DNA from: Polyangiaceae bacterium
Lineage (GTDB): Bacteria > Myxococcota_A > Polyangia > Polyangiales > Polyangiaceae
Reading direction: 5' to 3'
Length of the DNA stretch: 64,000 bases
NCBI GenBank assembly: GCA_044376115.1
Contig: JBILLK010000014.1
Coordinates: 160,001-224,000 of the forward strand
Positions 9,216 through 18,175 of the stretch are shown here, in pieces (the stretch's first letter is position 1; each line of letters starts with the position of its first letter). Under the pieces are notes generated by a model that was given only the letters and a program-made list of their open reading frames with translations, was not told where the DNA came from and made no database searches. The position numbers and the translations under genes were made by a program.

Positions 9216-9303
9216 CGAGGACTTCCGAGGGTATCGGGACTGGGGTTGAGGAAGCAAGTTGGATTGTGCGGTTCAACATGAGCCGCACAATCCTCCAGCA
9301 GAC

Positions 9304-11733
9304 CTAGTTGGACGACTCGGCGGGCTTTACCTCGGCGGGCTTTTCCTCGACGACCATCGGGATGGGCATCGACTCAAGCGCTGCCTCAAGAACCTGCTCC
9401 ATACGGCTGCAGAAGACGAACTGAAGATCGTCCACCACTTCCTTCGGAACCTCCTCGAGATCCGGCCGGTTGCGCTCGGGAAGGAGGATGCGCTTGATAC
9501 CGGCGCGATGGGCAGCAAGTACCTTCTCCTTCACGCCGCCAATCGGCAACACGCGACCGCGAAGGGTGATCTCTCCGGTCATAGCAACGTCGTGGCGAAC
9601 CTTGATACCGGTGAGCAGCGATACGAGGGCGGTGAACATCGTCACGCCGGCAGAAGGTCCATCCTTCGGCATTGCGCCAGCGGGAATGTGGATGTGCAGA
9701 TCGCTCTTCTCGAGGAAGTCCTTCGGAATGCCATAGCGTTCTGCGTTGGTCCGGACGAACGAGAGCGCGGCCTGCGCTGACTCCTTCATCACGTCTCCGA
9801 GTTGGCCGGTGAGCTGAAGCTTGCCGGTGCCATACATGCGCGTGGCCTCGATGAAGAGGATCTCTCCACCGACGCTCGTCCATGCGAGACCCGTCGCGAC
9901 GCCGGTCTCAGCGGTACGCTCTGCAACTTCGCTGGTGTATTTCGCCGCGCCGAGGAACTCGTGAAGGTCGTCCTCGTTGTCGACGCGACGCTTCTTCGAG
10001 TCGCCCTCGGCAACGCGCACCGCGACTCCGCGGATTACCGCGGCGACCTGACGCTCGAGCGATCGAACACCGGCCTCGCGGGTGTAGTGGTCAGCAATGT
10101 TCTCGAGGGCCTGGTCGGTGATCTCGACGTACTCCTCGGTTAGCCCGTGCTCCGAAAGCTGCTTGGGCAGCAGATGTCGGCGTGCGATCGCCAGCTTCTC
10201 ACGGCGGGTGTACCCGGGGATCTCCAAAATCTCCATGCGGTCACGGAGCGGAGGAGGAATCGGGTCAGCAACGTTCGCCGTCGCGATGAACATCACGTTC
10301 GAGAGGTCGAACGGGATCTCGAGGTAGTGGTCAGCGAACGTGTTGTTCTGCTCCGGATCGAGAACCTCGAGCAGCGCGGCAGAAGGGTCTCCGCGGAAGT
10401 CATGACCAATCTTGTCGATTTCATCGAGCATGAACACCGGGTTGGTGGTGCTCGACTTCTTCATGCCTTGAATGATCTGACCGGGTAGCGCTCCGACGTA
10501 GGTTCGACGGTGACCGCGAATGGCGGCCTCGTCATGAACACCACCCAAGGAGATGCGGTGGAACTTACGTCCTAGGGCGCGGGCGATGCTGCGACCTAGC
10601 GACGTCTTACCAACACCCGGCGGGCCGAGCAGACAGAGGATGGGGCCCTTCTTGTCTTGCTTCAGCTTGCGAACAGCGAGGTACTCAAGGATGCGCTTCT
10701 TGACCTTCTCGAGACCGTAGTGGTCCTCATCCAGAACTTCGCGAACCTTCGCGATCTCGAGGTTGTCCGGGGTGGTGTTGGTCCACGGCAAGTCGAGAAT
10801 CCAATCCAGGTAGGTCCGAACCACCGTGTACTCGGCTGAACCGACCTGCATCGTCCGCAAGCGCTTGAGCTGCTTCTTCGCAACCGTCTCGGCTTCATTC
10901 GGCAGGTTGGCCTTCGCGATTCGGTCCTCGAGCCCATCGAGATCACCCTGATCGCCGTCGTCTTCACCGAGCTCTTCTTTGATCGCCTTGAGCTGCTGAC
11001 GGAGAACGTACTCTCGCTGGTTCTTCCCCATCTCTTCTTTGATTTGGGAGTTGATGCGCTCACGCATCTTGAGCACCTCGAGCTGACGTGTGAGCAGCCG
11101 CAACACCTTGCGGACGCGGTCCTTCACGTCGATCGTCTCGACGAGCTGGGCCTTTTCCTCGACGGGTGCGTCAAGGTTGGCAGCGACCAGATCGGCGAGT
11201 GCGCCTGGTGCCTGGATGCTGTCCATAAGCGAACCAGCTTCGCGCGGCAGCTCCGGCATGAGCTGGATCACCTGCTTGGCGATATCCCGAAGGCTCATCG
11301 CCAAAGCCTCGGCCTCGACGTCTTCCGTCTGAGGCTCTTCGAGTTTGCGAATGCGCGCCTTCATGTACGGCGCCTGCTGCAGAACCGTATCCAGGCGAAT
11401 ACGCACCAAACCTTGAAGGATCAGCGAGTAGTTGCCTGAGCTGTGCTTGAGGGCCTTGAGCACGCGGGCTGCACAGCCGACGTGGTAGAGGTCCTCGTAG
11501 CCAGGGTCGTCCGTCGAGGGATCGCGCTGGGCAAAGATTGCGATTACGGGCTGGCTTAGGTTGTCAACGTCTTCGACCAGGGCCACCGACTTCTCGCGGC
11601 CTACATCGAAAGGAGCAACAGCGCCTGGGAAAAGCACGGCGTTGCGGATCGGAAGGACGGGTAGCTCGTCCCCGAAAACAACTTCTTCGTCTGAACGCGG
11701 GGGCACCGGGGGAGGGTTCTTCTTGTCGGACAT
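9304..11733 (-). CDS. lon: ATP-dependent Lon protease (LonD/BsgA-like)
   Basis: LON N-domain, Walker A GPPGVGKT, MLDEIDK, catalytic PKDGPSAG and GGVKEK; start MSDKKN with GAGG RBS. Confidence 0.97.
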   Translation of the reverse strand: MSDKKNPPPVPPRSDEEVVFGDELPVLPIRNAVLFPGAVAPFDVGREKSVALVEDVDNLSQPVIAIFAQRDPSTDDPGYEDLYHVGCAARVLKALKHSSGNYSLILQGLVRIRLDTVLQQAPYMKARIRKLEEPQTEDVEAEALAMSLRDIAKQVIQLMPELPREAGSLMDSIQAPGALADLVAANLDAPVEEKAQLVETIDVKDRVRKVLRLLTRQLEVLKMRERINSQIKEEMGKNQREYVLRQQLKAIKEELGEDDGDQGDLDGLEDRIAKANLPNEAETVAKKQLKRLRTMQVGSAEYTVVRTYLDWILDLPWTNTTPDNLEIAKVREVLDEDHYGLEKVKKRILEYLAVRKLKQDKKGPILCLLGPPGVGKTSLGRSIARALGRKFHRISLGGVHDEAAIRGHRRTYVGALPGQIIQGMKKSSTTNPVFMLDEIDKIGHDFRGDPSAALLEVLDPEQNNTFADHYLEIPFDLSNVMFIATANVADPIPPPLRDRMEILEIPGYTRREKLAIARRHLLPKQLSEHGLTEEYVEITDQALENIADHYTREAGVRSLERQVAAVIRGVAVRVAEGDSKKRRVDNEDDLHEFLGAAKYTSEVAERTAETGVATGLAWTSVGGEILFIEATRMYGTGKLQLTGQLGDVMKESAQAALSFVRTNAERYGIPKDFLEKSDLHIHIPAGAMPKDGPSAGVTMFTALVSLLTGIKVRHDVAMTGEITLRGRVLPIGGVKEKVLAAHRAGIKRILLPERNRPDLEEVPKEVVDDLQFVFCSRMEQVLEAALESMPIPMVVEEKPAEVKPAESSN

Positions 11734-11882
11734 GGTTTCCTCGGAGGAGGGAGCGACCCGTGTGGGCGTCGAACCCGAATATTCGGACGTTAGGCCCCCT
11801 TTTGTCCCCGTCAAATCCTTTTCGCGTCGAAAAGTGTTGTGGAGTTTCGCCCGGAAGGGGGGTGTGCGTGTAGGATTCGCGC

Positions 11883-13433
11883 ATGCTGCACTCCGCCCTG
11901 CCTCCGGCGGAAGAACTCAAACTCGTTCCGCTAGCGGATATTGCGCGGGGCGGGATGGGCATCGTACAGCTTTGTCGTGTGGCTGGGGGTCGGCTCGGTG
12001 GACGAGCTCTCGCAGTCAAACGGCTCAATCCCGCGATTGAACAAGAGCCAGAGTTCGTGAACATGTTCCTGGACGAGACGTGGATCACTTCCACGATCGC
12101 CAGCCCCCACGTCGTACGCGTTGAAGCCTGGGGACGAGATGACGCCGGCATGTTCTTGGCGGTTGAGCTGGTTCAAGGTGTCAGCTTGTCGCGGCTGATG
12201 AAGGAGTCGAAGGAAAAGAAAGAGCCCTTCGCCGAACGAACCGTCGCCAACATCACCTCGCAAATCTGCGCTGGGCTAACGGCTGCGCACGAGCTTCGCG
12301 GCGAAAACGGGAGCCCGCTCGGGCTCGTGCATCGCGATCTCACGCCGGGCAACGTTCTGTGCGGCTTCGACGGGATGGTGAAGATCGCTGACTTTGGGAT
12401 CGCCAAAGCCGAAGAGCGGCTCACCAGCACCCGCATCGGCATGATGAAGGGCAAGCCGGCGTACATGGCGCCGGAACAAGCACGCGGAGGGACGATCGAC
12501 GCACGAGCGGATCTATTCGCGCTTGGCGTGGTGATGTTCGAGCTCCTGACTGACCGTCGGCCGTGGTCTGGTGTCAACGACCTCGAGATGTTGGTGGCGG
12601 TGGCCACCAAGGACCCGCCGGACCTGCGGGAGATCCGCCGAACGAGTCCCATCTTCGTCGAGATCGTCGAACGCTGCTTGCGCAAGAATCCCGATGAACG
12701 ATTCAACTCCGCCCGCGAGATCGGGCAGCTGTTGATGCAATGGCGAAACGAACGCGGCTTCGGGGAGGACGACCAAGCGTCCCTCTCTGCGTTCGTGCAA
12801 CGCAACACACCGCAACAGATGGCTTGGTTCGGCCAGGCGCTCTCTGGCGAGCTATCCAAAGGCGGAGTGACGTTCATGGACCTCGAGGCCAAGATCGACC
12901 AGCGTCGCAAAGCAGCACCGACGGTGCAGCCGAGAGAGCTCTCCGCGCCGCGACTCCCCGAATTGTCTGCGGCAGCCCGCGGCGGAGAACTCGAGGAGAT
13001 CGACGACAACGCACAGACCAAGTTCATGCCGCAAAAAGACGCCTCGCCGATGTCTCCCTCCTCTCCCACCGCGCTCAATGGAACGTTGGCCATGCACGAC
13101 GGGGATGCCGCCCGGGCGTTTGCTGCTGGTCGAGCCGCTGCAGAACAACGAATGGCAGCGAACAACCCAGCCGCACAACCAGCAACGGGCCTTCCAGCAA
13201 CGGGCATCGGCAGCGGGCACTTCCTCGCTGCAACCGAACAAATGGAAGTGCCGGCGAGCTACCAACTCAGCGCTGGCTACCCTCCGCCCCCCTTGCCTGC
13301 CCCGAGGGCGCCACAACCACCAGCGCAACCACAGAGTGGCCTGCGCACGGTGTTGCTTTCGATCATCGTGGCGCTGATCTTGGCGGCGGTCAGCTTCGGC
13401 GTCGTCTACTTCTTCTTGTCGCCTCCCACGTGA
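11883..13433 (+). CDS. Hanks-type Ser/Thr protein kinase with C-terminal membrane anchor
   Basis: RGGMG, AVKRL, HRDLTPGN, DFG, YMAPE; hydrophobic helix at the C-terminus. Confidence 0.93.
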   Translation: MLHSALPPAEELKLVPLADIARGGMGIVQLCRVAGGRLGGRALAVKRLNPAIEQEPEFVNMFLDETWITSTIASPHVVRVEAWGRDDAGMFLAVELVQGVSLSRLMKESKEKKEPFAERTVANITSQICAGLTAAHELRGENGSPLGLVHRDLTPGNVLCGFDGMVKIADFGIAKAEERLTSTRIGMMKGKPAYMAPEQARGGTIDARADLFALGVVMFELLTDRRPWSGVNDLEMLVAVATKDPPDLREIRRTSPIFVEIVERCLRKNPDERFNSAREIGQLLMQWRNERGFGEDDQASLSAFVQRNTPQQMAWFGQALSGELSKGGVTFMDLEAKIDQRRKAAPTVQPRELSAPRLPELSAAARGGELEEIDDNAQTKFMPQKDASPMSPSSPTALNGTLAMHDGDAARAFAAGRAAAEQRMAANNPAAQPATGLPATGIGSGHFLAATEQMEVPASYQLSAGYPPPPLPAPRAPQPPAQPQSGLRTVLLSIIVALILAAVSFGVVYFFLSPPT

Positions 13434-14248
13434 GCATGCTCGATCCGCTGGCGGCGTTTATCGCCCTTTCGCTCTACCTGGCAGACAGCGCGCCCGCGCA
13501 ATCCCTCGATCCTGGTCCGGACCCAGCTTGCCCCAACGACATGCGCCTCGTCGTTGGGACGCACTACGACGAAGTGCAGCATCTGTGTGTCGATCCGCAA
13601 AAGGACACGAAGGACACCCACTGCTTCAAGTACTTCGACGGGCTAACGGCGATGGAGGGCGCCACCAGCGAGATCCGCGTTTGTATGGACCAATACGAAG
13701 CGCCCAACAAGCGAGGCGCCAAGCCCTTCGTGATGAAGTCGTACAAGACAGCCAAGTCGTACTGCGAGGCACGCCACAAGCGCATGTGCACCGAACAAGA
13801 GTGGGAGCTGGCCTGTGAAGGCCCTGAGTTCCGACCGCTCGCCTATGGCTGGGCCGTCGATAAGAAGCGATGTAACAGCGACAAGAAGTGGATGCCCGTC
13901 GACTGGGACAAGTTCAAGACCGACGACGAAGACACGCGCAAAGAGGCTGAGCGGCTTTGGCAAGGCACGCCCAGCGGGCGCTTTGAATCCTGCGTCTCGA
14001 CCTTTGGCATCTACGACATGATGGGCAACGTCGAGGAGTGGGTGACCACGCGGAAGTCACGTCGATTCCCCGGTGCCCTGATGGGTGGTTTTTGGGCGAA
14101 GCCCTGGACTGGATGTCGCGGAACGAACGACGCACATGAGCCTGGTTTCGTCTTCTACGAAACCGGATTTCGCTGCTGCGCTGTACCCGGAACGCTCGAT
14201 GCCGACGGCAAGAAGCTACCTCGCAACGAAGAGAAGCAAGCTCAATGA
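13430..14248 (+). CDS. Secreted FGE-sulfatase (SUMF1/EgtB/PvdO family) domain protein
   Basis: Signal peptide; CP.DM..V, R.CTEQEWE.AC, DMMGNVEEW, GFRCC; GTGA overlap with the kinase stop (alternative ATG at 13436). Confidence 0.85.
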   Translation: MSMLDPLAAFIALSLYLADSAPAQSLDPGPDPACPNDMRLVVGTHYDEVQHLCVDPQKDTKDTHCFKYFDGLTAMEGATSEIRVCMDQYEAPNKRGAKPFVMKSYKTAKSYCEARHKRMCTEQEWELACEGPEFRPLAYGWAVDKKRCNSDKKWMPVDWDKFKTDDEDTRKEAERLWQGTPSGRFESCVSTFGIYDMMGNVEEWVTTRKSRRFPGALMGGFWAKPWTGCRGTNDAHEPGFVFYETGFRCCAVPGTLDADGKKLPRNEEKQAQ

Positions 14249-15180
14249 AGGCGATCTTTTTTGGTACTCCGGCGATCGCAGTTCCAGCGCTCGATGCGCT
14301 ATGCGCGGTGGCCGAGGTGACGTTGGTGATCTGTCAACCCGATAGGCCCAAGGGTCGAGGCCTCGATCTGGCGGCTCCGCCAGTGAAAGAGCGTGCGCTT
14401 GAACTGGGCATCGCAGTGCACCAGCCAACGAAGGTTCGGACGGTCGAGTTCGCCGAGCTCATCCGCGACCAAGCCGCCGACGTTGCGGTGGTAATGGCCT
14501 ACGGACGCATCCTGACCAAAGCCGTGCTCGACGCGCCGCGACTTGGCTGCGTGAATCTGCACGCGTCGCTGCTTCCGCTGTATCGAGGCGCCGCTCCCAT
14601 CACCTGGGCGATCGTTGATGGCCAAACCGAGACAGGTGTCTCTCTCATGCAAATGGATGAGGGGATGGACACCGGCGCGGTACTTTCGATGAAGAAGATC
14701 CCGATCCCCGAGAGCGCGAACGCCGAGGAGCTGAGCGCGGCACTGGCGGCCTGCGCCGCGAACGTGGTCAGCGAGGATTTGCCCAAGTTTCTAAGGGGAG
14801 AGCTGCTCCCCACGCCGCAAGAGCACGAGCGCGCGACACACGCGCGACTGCTGACCAAGGAAGATGGCCGCATCAACTTCGATCAGCCTTGCAAGGCCGT
14901 TCACAATCACGTGCGAGGGATGAACCCTTGGCCGGGCGCCACCACGAGCCTCAACAACAAGACGCTCAAAGTGATTAGGACTTACGCAGTGCCGGACGCA
15001 GCTGCTGATGCGCCGCCTGGAACCGTGGTTGTGGCTGAGAAGGGCCGCATCGAGGTGACCTGCAGTGCAGGCCGAATCGAAATCGCGATCGCGCAGCTCG
15101 AAGGAAAGAAGGCCTTACCAGCTGCAGAGCTGTTGAGCGGACGCGCCATCACGCTCGGGCAGCGGCTCGGAGAGAGTTAG
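14245..15180 (+). CDS. fmt: Methionyl-tRNA formyltransferase
   Basis: FFGTP, QPDRPKGRG, VMAYGRIL, NLHASLLP.YRGAAPI, MDEGMDTG, RG.NPWPGA. Confidence 0.97.
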   Translation: MKAIFFGTPAIAVPALDALCAVAEVTLVICQPDRPKGRGLDLAAPPVKERALELGIAVHQPTKVRTVEFAELIRDQAADVAVVMAYGRILTKAVLDAPRLGCVNLHASLLPLYRGAAPITWAIVDGQTETGVSLMQMDEGMDTGAVLSMKKIPIPESANAEELSAALAACAANVVSEDLPKFLRGELLPTPQEHERATHARLLTKEDGRINFDQPCKAVHNHVRGMNPWPGATTSLNNKTLKVIRTYAVPDAAADAPPGTVVVAEKGRIEVTCSAGRIEIAIAQLEGKKALPAAELLSGRAITLGQRLGES

Positions 15181-16541
15181 AAGCGCCCACCCACGAACAG
15201 TCCCACTTCATCCGGGGCGACAACTGGAGCGAACGTCAGTTCGACGCTCGGAGTGCTCACAGGAGCTTTCCGTTTGCCCTCGTCGATCGGGACCGGCAGC
15301 GGGCCTTGACGGTCGAGGAAGAACATCGCGCCGCCCGCCAGGAAGGCTACCGAACCAACTCCACCTACCAGCACCCCAGCCGCGCGGAGTAGGTCGCGCC
15401 TGGCGACGTGTTCGTTGTAGGCCTCGTTCTGGTCTGACGTAATTCCAGTCGATAGACGCTCTTCTTCGATCGCCTGGGCGTCGGTTTGGGCGAGGAAGGC
15501 GAGCGCCAAGATCGAACCGCCACCAATCATCGTTGCCCCGCCGGCAATCATCAGCCCGAGAGAAGCGTCGCGTTGAACCGTGGTGGTGAGGTCAATCGCA
15601 ATTTCGCGCGATTCGCCGCCTTGCGCCTCGATCAGCTTTCCAAAGCTCTGGTAGCCCGACTTCGAGATCGAGAGGAAGTGGCGCCCCGGCGATACGCTCA
15701 ACTTGGAGGACTCGCCCTGATCGCGACCGTCAATGTGCACGGTCGCACCGCTTGGAATCGTCAGCACGAGAGACACGGGCGCTTCTTCGAGTGCGTACGT
15801 CTCAGCTTCCGTTTGACCGGGCAGCGCCTGCATCACGAACTCTTGTTCGATAAACCCTGGTGCAGACACCTTGATGGTGTGGCGGCCAGGAGCAACCTCG
15901 GCATCCACCTGGGGCGGCGCGCCTTCCCCCCCGTCGATCGAAATGAGAGCACCGGGCGTCGGCGAATCGATCGACAGGATGGTCTTGCGTTCAACCGCCG
16001 CTTGGGTGGAACCGGTGCCCGACGGGCCGGGATCTCGTTGACCGAGGTCCTCAAGGGCACGAATCGCGTCTGCTCTCCGGCCCCCCGTCGGAACAGCCGC
16101 CAAATAGGCCCTTAGGTTCTCAATCGAGGCAGCGCGATGGCGTTGGTCTTGCGACTCGGCAAAGCGCTTCTTGTAGGCCTGCCCGAGCGAGAACAACACG
16201 CTCGGACGGCCACTGAGCGTGTACGAGCGCTCAAATGCCTGAATGGCCGCTGCGTAGTCGCCCTTCTCGTAGGACTTCCCTCCGGCGGCAAAGAGCGTCT
16301 TGGCCTTCGCGATGTCAGCGGGCGGTGGGTCCTTGGGGGCCACGGGAACGGCTGACGTGGTTGCAGCTGCTACGGGCGGCTCAGCGGGTGGTGCTGGCTT
16401 CTCCGGAGGAGGAGACCAGGGTTTGGCCGGCGCGCCAGGCGTTCGTGGGGTACCTGCAGGCTGTGCATCCACGACTGGTGCAGCCATCAAGGTCGCTACG
16501 ACTGTGGCGAGAACGCCAGCTCGAACTCGAAACCCGCTCAT
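15177..16541 (-). CDS. TPR + PEGA domain exported protein
   Basis: Signal peptide, TPR (AK.LF..G...YE.GDY.AAI.AF), two PEGA repeats, C-terminal hydrophobic hairpin and GGRF end. Confidence 0.8.
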   Translation of the reverse strand: MSGFRVRAGVLATVVATLMAAPVVDAQPAGTPRTPGAPAKPWSPPPEKPAPPAEPPVAAATTSAVPVAPKDPPPADIAKAKTLFAAGGKSYEKGDYAAAIQAFERSYTLSGRPSVLFSLGQAYKKRFAESQDQRHRAASIENLRAYLAAVPTGGRRADAIRALEDLGQRDPGPSGTGSTQAAVERKTILSIDSPTPGALISIDGGEGAPPQVDAEVAPGRHTIKVSAPGFIEQEFVMQALPGQTEAETYALEEAPVSLVLTIPSGATVHIDGRDQGESSKLSVSPGRHFLSISKSGYQSFGKLIEAQGGESREIAIDLTTTVQRDASLGLMIAGGATMIGGGSILALAFLAQTDAQAIEEERLSTGITSDQNEAYNEHVARRDLLRAAGVLVGGVGSVAFLAGGAMFFLDRQGPLPVPIDEGKRKAPVSTPSVELTFAPVVAPDEVGLFVGGRF

Positions 16542-16617
16542 TCCGCACGGAACGTACAAGAAGGCGGGCGCCAGCACGATTGAGAAAATCGTCGACGGCT
16601 ATTGCTACCATCACCTC

Positions 16618-17190
16618 ATGGCCGAGGATGAGCTTGCGATCAGGGACCGCTTCATCGCTGAAATCCAAGCTGAATTCCCCAACTTCAGGATCATCAAGAA
16701 GGACCATAGTTCTTTCGCCAAGGCGATCGATGTGGCGCTGAAGCTTTTGACACTTGGCGGGCAGCGCGAGTTCATGAGCCGCTATTTCACCGTGATCGGT
16801 GACACGCTCTATGTGCCAACAGGCTTTGATGAACTCGACCCGATCAACGTGGTGATCACGCTGCGCCATGAGCGCGTCCACCTTCGCCAACGACGTCGCC
16901 TCACGTTGCCAGGGATGACGTTGCTCTACCTCTTGCTGCCGTTTCCGTTGGGAATGGCGTACTTCCGCGCTCGCCTCGAGTGGGAGGCGTACACCGAGAC
17001 GCTGCGAGCAACTCTCGAGCTGCGCGGGCGCGAGGCGCTGATGATGCCTGCGCTTCGCGAACGCATCGTGTCGCAGTTCACGGGAGCCGCGTACGGCTGG
17101 ATGTGGCCCTTCCCGAAGAGCGTCAACCGCTGGTACGACGCAGCTCTCCGGGAAGTGCTGAGCGGCAGTGATGCGCCGCTAGCTCCGTGA
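16618..17190 (+). CDS. Hypothetical protein with an HExxH motif (putative zinc metallopeptidase-like)
   Basis: LRHERVHLRQ, then a hydrophobic stretch and LEWEAY; start re-assigned to MAEDEL. Confidence 0.65.
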   Translation: MAEDELAIRDRFIAEIQAEFPNFRIIKKDHSSFAKAIDVALKLLTLGGQREFMSRYFTVIGDTLYVPTGFDELDPINVVITLRHERVHLRQRRRLTLPGMTLLYLLLPFPLGMAYFRARLEWEAYTETLRATLELRGREALMMPALRERIVSQFTGAAYGWMWPFPKSVNRWYDAALREVLSGSDAPLAP

Positions 17191-17200
17191 TTGAGTCGTC

Positions 17201-18175
17201 TCAGCTGCCAGACGGGTGCCAGATCGTTTTGTGCTCGAGGAACTTCTCGATCCACATCGGAGAGGTGCAGGCCTCGTGGTCGTACCAGGCCTTCTCACTG
17301 AGACTACGGACGCGCACGCGCTTGACGCTGTCTGCGGCGAAGTCACTGACCTCACGCACCAACCCGGCCTCGACGTCATGCAGGTCAAGCGCGCCGACCT
17401 CCATATGCCGAGCCATCGGAACGAGCATCTCTTTGACCTTGCCGGTCAGAATGTTCACGACCCCTCCGGGCAGATCACTCGTCGCCAAAAGCTCCCCAAA
17501 GATGAGAGCCGTACGCGGGTCTCGCTCGCTGGCGAGCACCACCACCGTGTTACCGCCCGCGATGATCGGCACGATGGTACCGACGAGTCCGAGCAGACTG
17601 GGCCGTGCGGGAGCCGCCGCGGCGACCACCCCCACCGGCTCGGGCAGGGTGAAGTCGAAGTGAGGGCCACCCACTGGGTTGAGGCTGGCGAACAGACTTT
17701 GGAACTTGTCGGTCCAGCCCGCGAAGGAGATCACGCGATGGATGGACTCAGCCACCTCTTCATCGGCGAGGGCCTCTGGAACGCCCGAACGAACCAGCGA
17801 CTTCGCGAGCTCACTGCTTCGCCCTTCGAGCATCTCGGCGAGACGGTAGAGGATCTGACCGCGGTTGAAGGCAGCTCGCTTCGACCAGCCGGAGAAGGCT
17901 GCGTGCGCGGCGAGAACGGCGTCTCGAGCGTCTTTGCGTGAGCCTCGCGGGACGTTCTCGCGCGTACCTTTTTCTCGAGGATCCATCGACTCAACCACCT
18001 GTGTGTAGCGCCCTGATTCGGAGCGGATGAAGGCTCCGCCGACGTACATTTTGTAGGCTTTGCGAACGGCCAACGATGCCCGGGGCCACTCCGCCGGACC
18101 ATCGGTCACGACCTTCTCGACTGCTGACGTGCGCACGGCAGCGCTAGCTGCCTTGGTTCGAACCCGAGCCATCAC
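17201..18175 (-). CDS. Truncated aldehyde dehydrogenase-like protein (NAD-binding half, no catalytic domain)
   Basis: KMYVGG.F.RSESGR, RGQILYR.AE.LE, EPVGVV, SDLPGGVVNILTG; lacks ELGGK and the catalytic Cys. Confidence 0.85.
   Translation of the reverse strand: MMARVRTKAASAAVRTSAVEKVVTDGPAEWPRASLAVRKAYKMYVGGAFIRSESGRYTQVVESMDPREKGTRENVPRGSRKDARDAVLAAHAAFSGWSKRAAFNRGQILYRLAEMLEGRSSELAKSLVRSGVPEALADEEVAESIHRVISFAGWTDKFQSLFASLNPVGGPHFDFTLPEPVGVVAAAAPARPSLLGLVGTIVPIIAGGNTVVVLASERDPRTALIFGELLATSDLPGGVVNILTGKVKEMLVPMARHMEVGALDLHDVEAGLVREVSDFAADSVKRVRVRSLSEKAWYDHEACTSPMWIEKFLEHKTIWHPSGS

Noticed and set aside
8227..9281. Several long overlapping ORFs over the FHA gene
   Set aside because: Stop-poor shadow frames of a GC-rich, Pro-rich coding sequence.
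12740..13429. N-terminal extension making a 502-aa FGE protein
   Set aside because: Arg-rich out-of-frame shadow of the kinase; the signal peptide begins at 13430/13436.
17201..18175. Pseudogene call for the short ALDH
   Set aside because: Intact frame, translational coupling and a conserved-looking C-terminus indicate a functional partner subunit.
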